DNA of 64,000 bases, taken from positions 12,256,549-12,320,548 of the forward strand of contig OZ316896.1 in assembly GCA_973895155.1 (NCBI GenBank). Direction: 5' to 3'. This stretch comes from Marsupella aquatica (Eukaryota > Plantae > Marchantiophyta). The translations under genes were made by a program, and so were the position numbers. A model generated the notes under the pieces. It made no database searches, had not been told where the DNA came from, and saw only the letters and a program-made list of their open reading frames with translations. The number at the start of each line of letters is the position of its first letter. Position 1 is the first letter of the stretch. Below are positions 1-12,845 of this stretch, piece after piece.

Positions 1-1162
1 AGGCAATTGGGTCGTCACAGTCTGCATTTGAAAAGAGATTATACAATAGTTTACTCTGTATTGGGCTTGTTGGTGGGTGTTCATGATTTGAATCTATAGC
101 TTTCAGATGATGACATACCTGTTGAATTGTTTGGGGAAATTAGCCCATCAGGGTTGGGACAGCATTTTAGTTAGCCATGATAGATATGTACCGTGAAATA
201 TAAAAGAATGTTGTCAGTCAGATTGAGTATTTAATGTACCCAATAAGCAAAACCCACTTTGGTTGGAGATAAGTCTCGTATTGCATATGGAATCCTTTAT
301 TCTTACAAAATTATGAAAACCACCAAGAATCGAAAACATTCCGAGACCACTCTCTGCATGGCCTGAGCTGCAGCTTTTTTTATTCATGACTCGGTCAAGG
401 AGCCTCTTGGAGGCAATTTGGGGGCAGTGTCCCCAAAACTGCAAGAAGCCATTTCTGTACCGAAAGATTAAGTGAATGGGACAGCACTCTCTTGTCCGTG
501 TCACACCTTTTATACCACCAAATGTACTCCACCTCCAGCCGTGGGTTGTACTTTTCTCACCAATATAATCGTCTCTCAACCCGTGGAAATGGACATTGGA
601 AATTCCCTTGCCTCCTCCATGGAAAGTGTGCTGGCTCGAGCGCAACGGTTATATAATCCGTGTTTAGAGTAGTTCTCCCTTCCATATGGAAGTTTTCGAT
701 GGTAGCTTTCAAGCAGACCAATCACTAGCTTATCTTACAAGCCACCCTTTGACAGGGTCTTCCTATCGTCTTCCTTCACAGCTACCCAACTGTACAGCTC
801 AAGACGTTTGCCTGTCTCTGCTGAGCGGCTTCCGTCCTTCTGTCTCGATGTATATAATTTTTATACTTTCTCTCAAGGAATGAATGAAATGATCGAAGTT
901 GGAGATCACTGTGGCGAGCATTTTTTATTATGTCCACAATGTTCTATCTCCCAAAACCGATTGTGTGAAGATTATCGAGGTCAATTCGATCAGTTAATTA
1001 TACCGTGACGGACTCGGAACCATCCATATTCATATGTTTGGATTCGCCTTCAAAAGTCGTCCGCGCAGGTGCAGCAAAAGTACTCTTCAGAATTATGCAT
1101 CGATATGAGAAAGAAGCGCTAGCTTATGGTTTCGTGTTTTGAGCACGTACCGATTACGTTAC

Positions 1163-3247
1163 TTACGAGTCCCAAATGGGGCCAAAAGCTGGAATGCCGA
1201 TAGCTTTGCAGGCATTCACTATCTCGTTCGTGCCGATCGGATTGCTGGTGACAACGACCACGTCAGCGTTCCATTCCTTGGCCTTGGTCAGGACTATTTC
1301 TTTAGTATTCGGCCTCCCAGACACTGCGGTGTCAATTACAGTAATTCTCCCACCAGGCGCGTCGTTGACGGCTTCCCAAAGCGCATCGCCAAAGCTTTCT
1401 CGGATTTTCCTGGCGATCCAAATGAGGTGCACATCTAATTTACGTTGTGGCTGCAGTAAGAAAGATAGGTACACGCCTATTCCCGAGCCCGTGCCGACCA
1501 TAAGTACCCTTTGGTACAGACTGCAGAGGTAGGGGAGACCTGGGCAGAAGTTCAAAACACATTCCACGGATATAAGTCTATGTTGTAAGACTGAGCATTC
1601 AAATTGACCTCTGCCTGGACCTAGCTAGAGCTTAGTACTTAATTATACAACTGCATCCCGCCTCGCCATCGAAACACCCATCTGTTATACATCAGTGCAT
1701 TTCTTCAATCTCTCAGGAAGCTGTCCACTAAACGTACTTTCACTTATGCTGAGAAAGACTGCGATACATGTACGATTCAATACCTGCGAAGTGGATAGAT
1801 CGAACCCATATGTGTGTGGGAGGCTTCTCCACGAGAGACTTTGTGAAGTCCCCGACCGCTCCTGCCAAAATAGTATGTCTCGTCTGTCCATCGGATATGA
1901 TCCCGAACGCGTGCCACTCTGAAAATGGAGAGCGGCTAATTCTGGCCAGAAACCCAGGCTTCACACCTCCTTCGAATTGGATCATGGAGTTGAACTTATT
2001 GGCCGCTACCACAGTCTCCACTGCTACCCTCCTCACGCCAAGCCACGGAAGAATGATCATGACTGTAGTGGCCACCGTGAACCAGAGGCCCTGCATCCGC
2101 GCCAGCTCTGTTCCCGACCGACTCGAAACTCGGTACGAATCGGTGGCCGGGTCCCAGAAGGAGCTGAGCAGGACGAACGCCCACACCAGAGCCAGCGATA
2201 TCCATCCCGCGAACCTGTGGACAATCTCAAAAAAGTTGTGGTGGAGGTGCCTGACAACCGGGAAGGCCGCCAAGGAGGTCAATGCCAGGAGACCCAAAAT
2301 GCCGAACGCAACTCCCACCATCTCGTCGCTGGCTGTGTGCCGGTTTTCGAAGGTCAGATCAATTGCGTATGCCAGCCACATTACAGCTCCGAGTCCACAC
2401 CCTGAGTGAATGCCTCCCAGGCTTTGGAGCAGGGAAGTCATCATAGTTTTCAGCCTCAGTGGAATCCACCAGTGACCCAGGATCTTGACCGAAAGCCAGT
2501 AAACGCCGCGAAGAAAAAGTTCGTTTCGCACAAGCACGGTCATCATAATGTTCCCCACAGCGAATACGACCGCCTTAGACTTGGCATATGGAAAGTGATT
2601 AGTGGCGGCTAATGTCACACCAATGGCATTGAGTACGATTGCGGCAAGGTAGAGGCGCTTATAAACCGTGAACCAGCTTTGCTCCCAGATGAGTGTTCCT
2701 ATGCGAGACTTGGCTTCAGTCTTCGTGCTCGGTCGCTTTTGAGGCTCACCTGTAAACACGACAGCTATGGTCACTTAGACTGGTCACAAAAATTCTAGAG
2801 TCCATTGAGCATCTCGTGTGCGTAGGAGGAAGCCATAGAAAGGCTTTTGTACTTCGCATTTGACATGAAGATTGATTGGTTTTGATTTGCACCTGGGGCA
2901 ATCTGACCACTGTTTGGCCGCTTGACGGACTTTTCTTTGTGGAGAACCCGGTTCTCAGAGAGTATATCTCCTGATTCGAGATCCCCCTGCTGTTCCAGAC
3001 GCTCAAGAACCTGCTCCATAAACTCTTCATGGTCCACGGGCACCACTTGGCCGAAGGTGAGTGAGTTGGTCCTGGAATACCTCCTGGACCCTCTCTCCAG
3101 TTCTGCGAAGCTCAGAGTTCGCACGCTGGAAAAACTTGGGGAGGAGTATTCCGTCGCCGACTCATAAATCTTCTTGCTTGCTTGCCGCACGAATTCGACG
3201 GGTGCTGTCACAAGCCTGCCGCTGCCTAACCGAGAAACTGCATCCAT
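1163..3247 (-). CDS. Ferric-reductase-like transmembrane + FAD/NAD(P)H-binding (FNR-like) protein, plant 'adenylate-forming reductase-like' family; predicted exons 3247-2893, 2749-1784, 1539-1163 (565 aa)
   Basis: Three minus-strand ORFs join in frame through GT-AG introns (CAG|GTGCAA...TTTACAG; CAG|GTATT...CCCAG); 1698 nt in total. Several hydrophobic helices with His motifs (GGIHSGCG, HHNFFEIVHRFAGW), EWHAF and GDFT (FAD-binding-like), GTGSGIG (NAD(P)H-binding) and C-terminal AFGPIWDS. The exon-1 donor is the weakest call. Confidence 0.8.
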
Positions 3248-4944
3248 TCAAGTACGGAAGTGAGCTACGTTCGTCAGGGTCGGCTCGGACTCAAATTGCA
3301 AAAGTTGCTGAAATCCACGTACGATCCAAAAGTTTCTCCATAGTTGCCCAATGTTCAGACACTCACAAACTCTCAGATTTTCTTAGTAGGCAGAAGGCAT
3401 GCTATGAGTAATATGTACGTGGAGCCGATGATCATGGAACCATGCTAACTTTGAGAACTCGGAGTTTGTCAGTGCGGTTCATTGTACAGGTCACAGACAT
3501 GAATTCTATCAAACATCACACCGCTGATGTCTGATTTACTTTGAAAATAGGATGGGCAAAAGCTCTCTCAGCCCAGCCAAGGTTGCCGATAAATATTGTG
3601 CATTCAGTTCCATGTGCAGTGCTGCAAGGCTCATGTTCACTCCGGGTATCCAGGTGGAAGGAAAAAGTCAAATTAAAGAATAACTTGCCCAATCACCCAC
3701 AGGAACAAGGAACCGCCTAGCTAGCTATATATCTGACTGTGTGAACTATAGATATCCTGGCTCGAATGAGATTTTACTGGTGTTCCCGGGAAAGCCACAG
3801 ACAGCGCTCCAAGCAATGAGTTCAAGGTGATCATTTCAATACTCCAATGCTAACTAGAATGCTCAGCAGTACGTTTGGTCAGTACACCAGATCGAAGACT
3901 TGGTCATTCCCCTTGCAAAATAATGAGATAGCATTTCAAGTAATATTCTCGATAGACAGGGTCGGCGTTTGAAAGATAATCTCACATAGATTAAAAAATG
4001 TTCAGACACCTTCCACAGTTGAAACTCAGGCCATATGGTACAGTAGTTCGTTCATTTGGTGAAGAAACTACTTGGCAAATCTGTACTGAAGCTAACGTGC
4101 CCTATGTGAATCTTGACAAGTGTAGTGGTTCTAGTCGACCACGCTCTCGAGATTTATTCAAAGCTACGGTAGTCGCGGTGTACTTTCGGATCAAATGAAA
4201 GCCTACATCGATCAGTCTGATGGTCGAAATCTCTCGTCAGTGAGAGTCTAGGGGCGGGGAGCAATGTGTGAGTAGGGAACAATATCTACAGTCATCTCTG
4301 TGACCTTGCAAGCTCGAGCACAACGCACTAAACAAAAAGTGACGTCCCTGTCACAAGTTAAAACTAAGAAGACCCATTCCCTCATTTACTGTATTGTAAC
4401 GCTATCTAATTTTCTGGGAGACAAAATACAGTTCTGACGTTCGACTGGGTTAATTTGTTGCTGGGTTTTCAGGGTTATAATCTAAGGTCATCTGAAATTG
4501 ATTTCGGTGTGGAGTGAAATAATCCAATAAGGGTTGGGGTTGAGTTTCATTTGAGCAGGATTCTTACTTCCACTAAACTACAGACTGAGTAGCTACTCTT
4601 ACAATAACAAACCCACTAGCCTTAGTAGTGTAGCCAGGAGAAGCATCTCTACATTTGTATCGATCATACAGCACGAATTGATGGGATCAAACTATAAAAG
4701 TATAAAATCCAACCGAAGATCCCACTGCCCTTCCCCTCATCATCTCCTTGTCGCGAACTACAGCAGAAGCAAATTAATTAATGTATGCCCCAATTGCTGT
4801 AGCATGGTGTATTCATCGTTCCAGACTTCCAGTGCCGTCAGCAATTTGAGCAGGCATCTACAGGTTGTGTTCATGGCGGTAATAGCCCGGGCAGTAGTTA
4901 CCGCTGTGGTCAATCACTTGCAACGTCATAGATAGAGGTAACCA

Positions 4945-5272
4945 ATGACAGTTGAGATCCACCATAGTTCCGATCAATCTAGCTGACAGGCGCTCCGCAA
5001 AAACAGACAAAGAACCAAGGAAGACAGATTGATCACTTAATTGCGGCTTCCTAGTTTGTTTTAGGCAATTTTGGACATCTGGGGCTACATTACAGGTACC
5101 TTGTAATTCAGATGTAATACATTGATATAAACAGTGACGGTTTAGATCCATCACCACACCGATCGATCTACTTTAGTCCACAGAAACACACAAAGAAGTC
5201 TTGCTAGAGATTGACCACTGACAGCTTCGTAGCTCTGTTTTAGGCGATTTGAGACAATCTGTATGGCTACAT
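4945..5272. repeat. Diverged tandem duplication, ~190-bp period
   Basis: TGACAGTTGAGATCCA...TGTTTTAGGCAATTTTGGACATCTGGGGCTACAT recurs as TGACGGTTTAGATCCA...TGTTTTAGGCGATTTGAGACAATCTGTATGGCTACAT. Confidence 0.6.
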
Positions 5273-6687
5273 CTTACAGCATATTCGTTCATTTTGTAGC
5301 CTTTCCTTGGTGTTTTCTCTTTTAGAAGTCCCTGTGTTACCCTGCTTTGGTTTACTCCCTACTCATCGAGACAAAAAAGAGGACGTGGAAAGCTGGACAT
5401 ATCAAATGGGCGAAAGATCGAAAGTACGAGGATCGGAGAAGAAGTAAACAAACCCCAAAACAAACAATTAAAATAAAGACCTGGAACACCCGAAAAAGTC
5501 AAAGCTGCCACTAAATTTTACAACCATCCTCCAATGCCACCAAGTCTCAACTCTGAGGGCCCCAGACGAAGAAGTCACACCTACGTACTTGGCAGCGAAC
5601 AAATTGAAATTTGGAGACTTTGGTTGACTCACACTGCAATGATGCCCTGCCGCGGGCTGCGTCAGTTGGAAATGACGTCCTCCGGAAGTGGCCGGACTCC
5701 AATCCAGGCCTGACCTCAGTTGTGGGAGGTACGGTGCCCAGGTCGGGTTCAGCAGCCTCCTTCGCGAGTCTGACAGGTTGCTCGTCGACCGTGTGGTCTG
5801 GAGAAGTTTGTGCTGGAAACACTTTGGAAAGCGTCGAAACGCCCCTCTCCAACGAGCCATGCTGCTTGTCCATAGTGTTTTCCATCCCCCCAATTTGAGT
5901 ATCGCTCCCACAACTGCTTTCTCCGACAACTCGAAAGGTTGTCTGTGTCCTACGAAAATGATACCTTAATTAGAGCTCATCCGTTGTCGAAAGGCTGCTC
6001 TGAGTGGGCTCGGGAACCGGTCTAGGTGTCGTTCTCACTGTCTTGACCAAAAATTACTCCATCATTTCGCATTCAACTGCCCACGTCGATCGCGCGATCT
6101 CACGGCCGGTCAACTCTTGCTAGTTCGAATCGCAGCTCTAGCCACACCGACACCAAATGCAAAATTTCAATATAAGGCCGGATGTTATATAAGAGTTTCA
6201 GTTGTAGCTCATAATGCTCCCGTAACAATTGTGAAACTCATACTGAAGTTTCAAGAATGAGCGTGCCAAGGCTCCGGAGATCCTCGGATAGAAACCAATG
6301 ATGTCTTGAGCTACCAGAAACAATCTCTGCAGTTGGAAACACAGCCCGGTTAAAATACTATCATCACCTTCAACTTCACCAAACTGGATTTCGAAATTGA
6401 GGAGCACTAATATAAGCATTTCGGGCATTCAAAACTGAGCATTTGAATTCAAAAATTTAACGGAATGACTACGTAGCATCAATGTTTTGTTAAGCCCGAG
6501 CATTATACTCAGTAAGAGACTCACCTCATGAAATAGGAGCAATGTAAATCTTTTCGGATCCAGAAGGATTACTTGGAGTAAAGTCTTGAGCCTCCACACT
6601 AGCACGCTACTCGATCTACTCAATCAACAGGTAGCAGGCCTCGCAGTAGACGGAATTGATCAAGAAAAGTAGGAGCTGATCAATTCA

Positions 6688-6867
6688 TCCCTGCGGATAG
6701 CAAGATTTTCCTGCGGCCGTAGGTTTTCATCCTGGCTGAAGTGAAGGCCTTACCCAGAGACAAAACGTCGTACTAGGTGGATGGGAACTAAGCCATGTAT
6801 CACCAGCGGAAGCTAAGTTGTATATGGACGTGACAATCGAGTAAGTAAATCTTGCTATCCACAGGGA
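6688..6867. repeat. 21-bp inverted repeat pair (1 mismatch), 138-bp spacer
   Basis: TCCCTGCGGATAGCAAGATTT (6688-6708) vs AAATCTTGCTATCCACAGGGA (6847-6867). Confidence 0.75.
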
Positions 6868-7204
6868 CTGTTACCAGGCTTGTTGCACCATTCGTCAGTT
6901 CGTCTCCTCAACGAGATAGAGATCATTCACAATGGACGCTAGGTACTGAATATGGAACATAAATATCGCACAATGCTGAAAAGTACCGAATGAGATTTAT
7001 GGTACCATGTACTGCTCTGGAGGTCTGAATTGCTTTCACTTCAGTCTTCTATACCGCTCAAGCTAGCCACAGTACCTCCGTTGGTCCTCGCCAATGAATG
7101 ATCGATCACTTACTCGAGCTACGGCAGCGTGGTCCTATTATTCAAGCTTGTGTTGGAGGATATGCATTTTATTCCGATGCAAGGCGCGCCTGTCAAGATA
7201 ACTC

Positions 7205-7310
7205 TGTCGTTCCTCGCTTATGAGCAAAGCTATCTTCGTCGTCCTCGCGTATGTCTGAGTAGTTCCTCGCCTATGAGTCAAGCTACCTCCGTCGTTCCTC
7301 GCTTATGAGT
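7205..7310. repeat. Short tandem array (~25-31 bp units, GTTCCTCGCTTATGAG core, 4 copies)
   Basis: Repeated GT(T)CCTCGC(T/G/C)TATG core visible directly. Confidence 0.7.
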
Positions 7311-7809
7311 GATCACGTACCCGCGCTAGCCAGGGCAGAGCGCTCCGATGATTGAGGCAACTCCATTGAGCTTGTGCATAGTTTTCAATGCAGGTCTTGT
7401 CAGTTCAACACAGAATTTAAGGTTCGATGCAAAATTATACTCCTCACAGAATGGAATTTCATTGTACGTACGTGACGATGAATGCTTCGATTGCCAACAG
7501 GGTGCGCCAGACCCGATATATGCGAGATCCGAGTGGTGGATCACTGAATGTTCCTTCCTAGATGCAAAGTAGTGGGGCCGCATTGATAAAAGCGAATTGC
7601 ACAATCGATCGCAACGATTCGACAGATGAAATCAACGTTCCTCGACTATGGGACCGAGTCCTCGCCCTGTCTGAGGTGGCTGAAAGCACAATTGAGGTGG
7701 CTGAAAGCACAATTCACCAGTTTGCTAGCGTGCTGGCAGGAATTGAATCAAAGCCATGATCCAAAGCTAGCGCCAGCCAACGGCACCTATGAACTGCAAA
7801 GAACTGCAC

Positions 7810-8652
7810 GCTCCGTATCCACAGCCTTGAAATCTGGACACATAAAAGAGGGGAAAACACATTAAATAGGGGAATACAGTCTATCCTGTCTAAGTGCCGG
7901 CTCCAGGGTCTAAATGCATAAAATAGGTGAACACAGTCTACCTTGTCTAAGTGCAGGCTCCAGGTCTACGGTGTCTAAGTGCCAGCACATAAAATAGGGG
8001 AAAATACATAAAATAGGGAAACAGTCTACCGTGTCTAAGTGCAAGCTAAGTGCAGGCTCCTGGGTCTACCGTGTCTATGTGCTGGCTCTGGGGTCTAAAT
8101 GCAGGCTCCCGCACTATACCCGAAGCCTGCAGTTATCCACTTCATGCACTTCATCATAAGTGCATGTTGCACTTATCCATATGTGCATATTGCACTTTCC
8201 AATAGGTACATAATTATGAAATTGCTTCTGCAGTTCCACAAATGTATTGTCAAGTCATACTCACAGGGTGTCTCGTCCCCAGATTAATTCTCATAGTCCA
8301 CAATTCAACTGGATAAGTGCATGAATCTACAATGTGTAGTTGTCTGCTGCACTTATCCAATAAATGCTTCTAACATATGTGTTGCAATAATTGATGAACG
8401 CATCTGTACCCTTGTAGACTGAAATTCCCTTATATACATTTGTCATTTAGTGACGGGTAACCTGCACTTACGAATGGTGCATTTTTTGGTGCATTTGCAA
8501 ACTAAGGAATTTGTTGTATTATTGAGGTTCTACACAACCACCCTACAAACTACCCATGGAATGCAGTTATACATGCTGCATTTATCCATGGTAGACTGTA
8601 TATGCTCCGTATCCACAACCGTGAAATCTGGACACATAAAGTAGGGGAATAG
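7810..8652. repeat. Composite repeat: ~45-bp direct repeats at 7810 and 8604 enclosing a minisatellite (CAGTCTACCGTGTCTAAGTGCAGGCTCC-like units, ~7865-8110)
   Basis: GCTCCGTATCCACA.CC.TGAAATCTGGACACATAAA occurs twice; GTCTAAGTGC and AAATAGGGGAA units recur between them. Confidence 0.65.
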
Positions 8653-9439
8653 GCCTTACTAGCTGAGATTGACTCAGATTGACTCGGACCAAACATATAG
8701 GGCCCAATTTTTGAACCTCCACTAGGCCCCCATTTTTTTAACCTCCACTAAGTATGCACTAGTCTTTTCACCCCAATCGGGTCTTTTCACCCCACACTAC
8801 AACACTACCGACCCCTTTTGCGAACCCCGTCCCATCGCAACTAACAAAGGACCAAATTATGAAATTCCGGCGTTTGCGAAACGCTACGCATCGCAACCCT
8901 TTCGCATTCTTTGAAACCCATAGCTTCGCAATCGGACTTTCGCAACCCCTTCGCAACACCTTCGCACAGTGCGAAACTTATTTTATCACACATAAATCAC
9001 ATTTATGCGATCTCGACAGACTCTTTATCGGTTTGCGACGCGCTCTGAACTATAACTTATTTGCGAAGCTGTTGTCTTGACAATTCCGTTGCCATTCATA
9101 TGGTATCGCATAACTGCGTCAGTCAGGGTGTCGCACAATTGCGAAACCAAAAGTATCGCAATGTTCCAATACTCAATGTATGGCAAGTTTGCGATAGTAT
9201 GGCGTTCGCATGTGTTTCGCAAGGATAGTTTGAGGGCTGGGTTTTGTATATTTGGGTTCATAATTGGGTTGGGGTCTTATTGCTCCACATGAAGATACCA
9301 AAGCAAAACTTTATATATGCCAAAAATCCCTGAATGTACAAAAATTAGGGTTTTCTAAAACCCTATGGGGTATCAAATACCAAGACACTGTCCTTTGACT
9401 AATCCATATGCCATATGGAGTGAACTACATCTGCATCCT

Positions 9440-11479
9440 CTAGAATGGAGCCCGCCTACTCCTCTTTGCTGGCCTCTTCCCCTTGTCCTTCTTGCTTTGG
9501 GCGGGACGAGCTGGATGGGGAGGGGGTGGTGGTGGTGGTGGCGGTGGTGGTGGTGCCTGCTGCTCCTCCCCATCTGGCTCATCCTCATCATCGTCATCAT
9601 CCTCATCATCATCCTCCTGGTCTCCTGGTGTGCTAGGTGTGGCCCCTCTGGACCCACTCGTGGTGGCCCCGGTAGTGTCCCCATCATCAGCGCCGCTATC
9701 CTCCTCACTGCTATCCTCACTCCCCTCCTGCTCCTCCTTATCCTGCTTCCATGTCACAAGGTTAATTCAGGTTTAGGGTTAATAGGAAAAATGTATAAAC
9801 CTTATAAATGGAATGGGTGCGGGTTTAGAAAGGGTACTACAAATCACTCACATTAGCCAACTCTGCATCAACCAACTCAAAGAGATGTCTGGCCCCATGC
9901 TCTGCCCCTATCTCCATCTCCTTTGTTGTTATCTTGCGGCGGTACCTCTTATACTACCACAAAAAAATGAAACACCAAAACATAAGGGGCCCGGGTTAGT
10001 AACTAAGGGTACTTAAGCAAAAAAGGAATCCTAAAAAGGATAAAAAGGGTACCCTAACCAGAAAAAAAAACCCATTACCCTAACAAACATTTGTCACTCG
10101 ACACTAAATGTTTTTCAAAATGAAACAAGCTTTGCGAAACTCCCACCTTCGCAAATTCAAATATATTTAAGTTTGCAAAATAGACTGCGAATTGGATTGC
10201 CTTGCAATGGCTTCGCAAACCTTACGGGAAAAAGGTTATAATAGAGTTTGCGAAACAATTGCGAGGCAACCCGCTTCGCAATTGTTTCGCAAACTGTGCT
10301 TTTAAAAAAATCCGAGAAATGGCTAAGGCACGCAATGTGTCAGGGTGACCTAAAACGAAAGGGGAGGCCATAAGGGGTAAAGCAGAGGTCTGCGAGGGGC
10401 ATTGCAGGCAAGCAAACAACAATTGAAGGCAAAGGAAAAGAAGCAGGGGAGGAGGGGAGAGGACTCACGAAGGTTGCTTTCAGGCCGGGAAGTCCACCTT
10501 GCCCCATCTTGTGTGTGGTCTTGGGGCGTTTGCTGACTGCAAGGATGAACTTCTGGGGTGGTGTCCCCACTTCATCCACGATGTGCTGCAGCTGAGAGAC
10601 CTTCTCAGCCAATGCCTTGAGGTCTTTGTCTGACTTCCCGGCCTGAAGTGCCTTGGCCTCCTTCTCCTTCCAGAATTGGAGGTCCTTGGCTGCTTTCAGC
10701 TGCACCTCGACCTTATAGAACGCGTTCCACACATCCTCTGTGAATTGCACTGGCCTCCTCACGTTCTTGTACTCCTGCAAGCTTGCCAGGTAGGCCCTCA
10801 CCTTCCTCCTATCATGGTATCGTGCTTGAGACATTGAATTCAAAATTCTATCTGCAAGCCATTGGTCATCAATCTCTGCTCCATTTTTGAATGAATCTTT
10901 GACCTGAGTCATTACTTTCCTCTGCTCTGCTCTGCTTAGTTTCCCCCACTCAACACCTCGTGCAAAGCTAGTCCTCACAACAAGCCTGATAGTGCTCTTT
11001 GCCCCAGTGTAGGCCAACTCAGTAGGAATGCCCTCAACCAAGGCAATCAATGGCAGCTTCTTCCTCTCTTCCTCCTTTTTCCGCTGCGCCTCACGTTGTG
11101 CTTGAATCTCATCTCGTTCCTCCCTTCTCCTCTTCTTTTCGAGGGCTGCAGGAGAGAGTACTCCTGCCTTAGCCCTCTCCTCCTTCTTTCGTTTCTTCTC
11201 TCTGGCCTTCTCCTCAGCTGCAGCCTTTGCCTCTTTCTCCCTCTGAGCCTGCCCTGCTGCAACCCCGGTTTGCAAAGCTTGCCCTAAAAATGCACTCAAA
11301 GAAGCAATCCCAGCTGGTGTACTCAAATCCAAATGGCTCAGCTGTGTGGCATTGAGATGCTCGGCCATCAAATTTGTCCATTGATTACTCTCCTCATTCC
11401 TGTTCCCTCCATTGCCATTGCCACTCCCACTCCCACTTGCCCCTGCCCCATCCCCTCCACGCCCTCCACTAGAATCCAT
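9440..11479 (-). CDS. CACTA second gene, TnpA/Ptta-En-Spm-like accessory protein (tentative); exons 11479-10469, 9953-9852, 9742-9440; 471 aa, intact
   Basis: Two phase-0 introns with GTGAGT donors and AG acceptors join three ORFs without stops (1416 nt). Gly-rich N-terminus, K/E/R coiled coil, HKMGQGG motif reminiscent of the H-x-x-G-x-x-G motif of Ptta/En/Spm proteins, acidic tail, poly-Pro, basic NLS-like end KKDKGKRPAKRSRR. Confidence 0.7.
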
Positions 11480-11944
11480 AGCTATTCAACACCAAGCGCG
11501 CGCAAGCTCTCCTCCTGCCCTCCCTCACTTCAAAAAATGTTGAATGGGCCTCGTAATCCGGCGGGAAGGTCCGAATGCCCAGACAAAACACATTTGCGAC
11601 GTAGTCCGCATCGCAATTTGCGAATCAGCCCGCTTCGCAACTAGTATCTCAACTTTCCAAAACCAATGCGAAACCACACGCTTTGCAAAGCCTTCGCAAA
11701 GCTGCAGAGACACGAAAAAACGCTCTCAGGCTCTGTTTTTCCGAAGTTGTTGCGAAACATTTTGCTTCGCAAATAATGTGACCAAATTCTGAAGCAGGTT
11801 GCGAAGCAGGTCGGTTCTCAATATCGTGGCAATTCCTGGCGAATTTTTTTTTCACATTCTTTCCCTCCTCCTTTTGTTTAGGCCATGTAAGTTATACTAT
11901 GCCCTTTTGTGTAATTAAGAAATTCCGCCGTTTCAAATCCCGGC

Positions 11945-12420
11945 GTTTGTTAGGGTTGGGTCTTGGATGAAGCTGGTTTTTTTAGGGGTTAAAAGCGAGA
12001 TTACCAGTCAAACCTTCCGTTTTTTAAGCTATACATGGTGTGGGTGTAGGCTAATTTTGATAAGAGTTGGGTTTTGGTTTAAAATTAATAAGTGAGGAAA
12101 GGGTTTAGGATTAAAGTTGGGTTTGGGTTTAGGGTTTAAGTCTTTAATTTTGGGTTTAAGCAGGGTTTGCATTTATGGTTGTAGGCTTTTAGGGTTCAAG
12201 CAAAGGTTTAGGGTTTAAAACAAACGAGAGGAAGGGGATTGGGAGTGAGGGTCTAGGTTTTTGTAATAGGTCAGAGGTTTGGGGGTGAGGGTTTGGAAAA
12301 GGCAAAGCAAGGTTAGATGAGATTAATGTTTTAGTTGTTTTACCATGGGTTTTATGGGTTTTAATGGGTTTTATGGATCTTTTGGGTTTTAATGGTTTTT
12401 CCATGGGTTTTATGCTAACA
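11945..12420. promoter_or_regulatory. GT-rich, telomere-like/telo-box (TAGGGTTT) region between the two divergent CACTA genes
   Basis: Several TTTAGGGTTT, TTAGGGTT and GGGTTT variants (e.g. ~12128, ~12188, ~12207) between the ATG at 11479 (-) and the ATG at 12846 (+). Confidence 0.45.
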
Positions 12421-12845
12421 AAGGAGGAGGAGCTATGACAACTTGCAGGGTGCGGCACTTTTGCATGAATTGATACTAGCTAATGCGTATGCATCGTATG
12501 AGCCCGGGCATCTGGAGGTACGGACTAAAATAGATGGGTCTAGTTAGGCTTATTCATGTAATTAAAATTTTTGGTTCCCACTATCTATAAAGAGCACATG
12601 TATGTAAGGTGTTTGCTTTGTGTACTTGCAGCTTTTCTCATACTTCCAGATTCGGTTCATTATTTTAGAGCCACAAGACCTATTGGCACCGCTGAGCCTG
12701 GGTCTCAGAAAGGTATTTTTTAGTGTTCCTTTTCTGTTTGGTTTCATGTCATCATTACTTGAGAACTTACATATGTCCAGCTTGATATTGTGATGTTATT
12801 TGGTAATAACCCCTAACTTGCAAATTATACATCTTTGTAGGGGCA

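Noticed and set aside
1-1010. Short ORFs 214-645(-), 472-672, 686-883, 808-1008
   Set aside because: No recognisable motifs or splice-consistent gene model
5468-5969. Overlapping GC-richer ORFs, possibly a decayed TE accessory gene
   Set aside because: No domain I can identify; frames are broken; no element ends found
6688-6867. piggyBac-like CCCT...AGGG ends
   Set aside because: No TTAA target duplication
9365-9856. Poly-Trp/Ile/Gly/His ORFs on several frames
   Set aside because: Shadow translations of the Asp/Pro-rich last exon of the minus-strand CACTA gene
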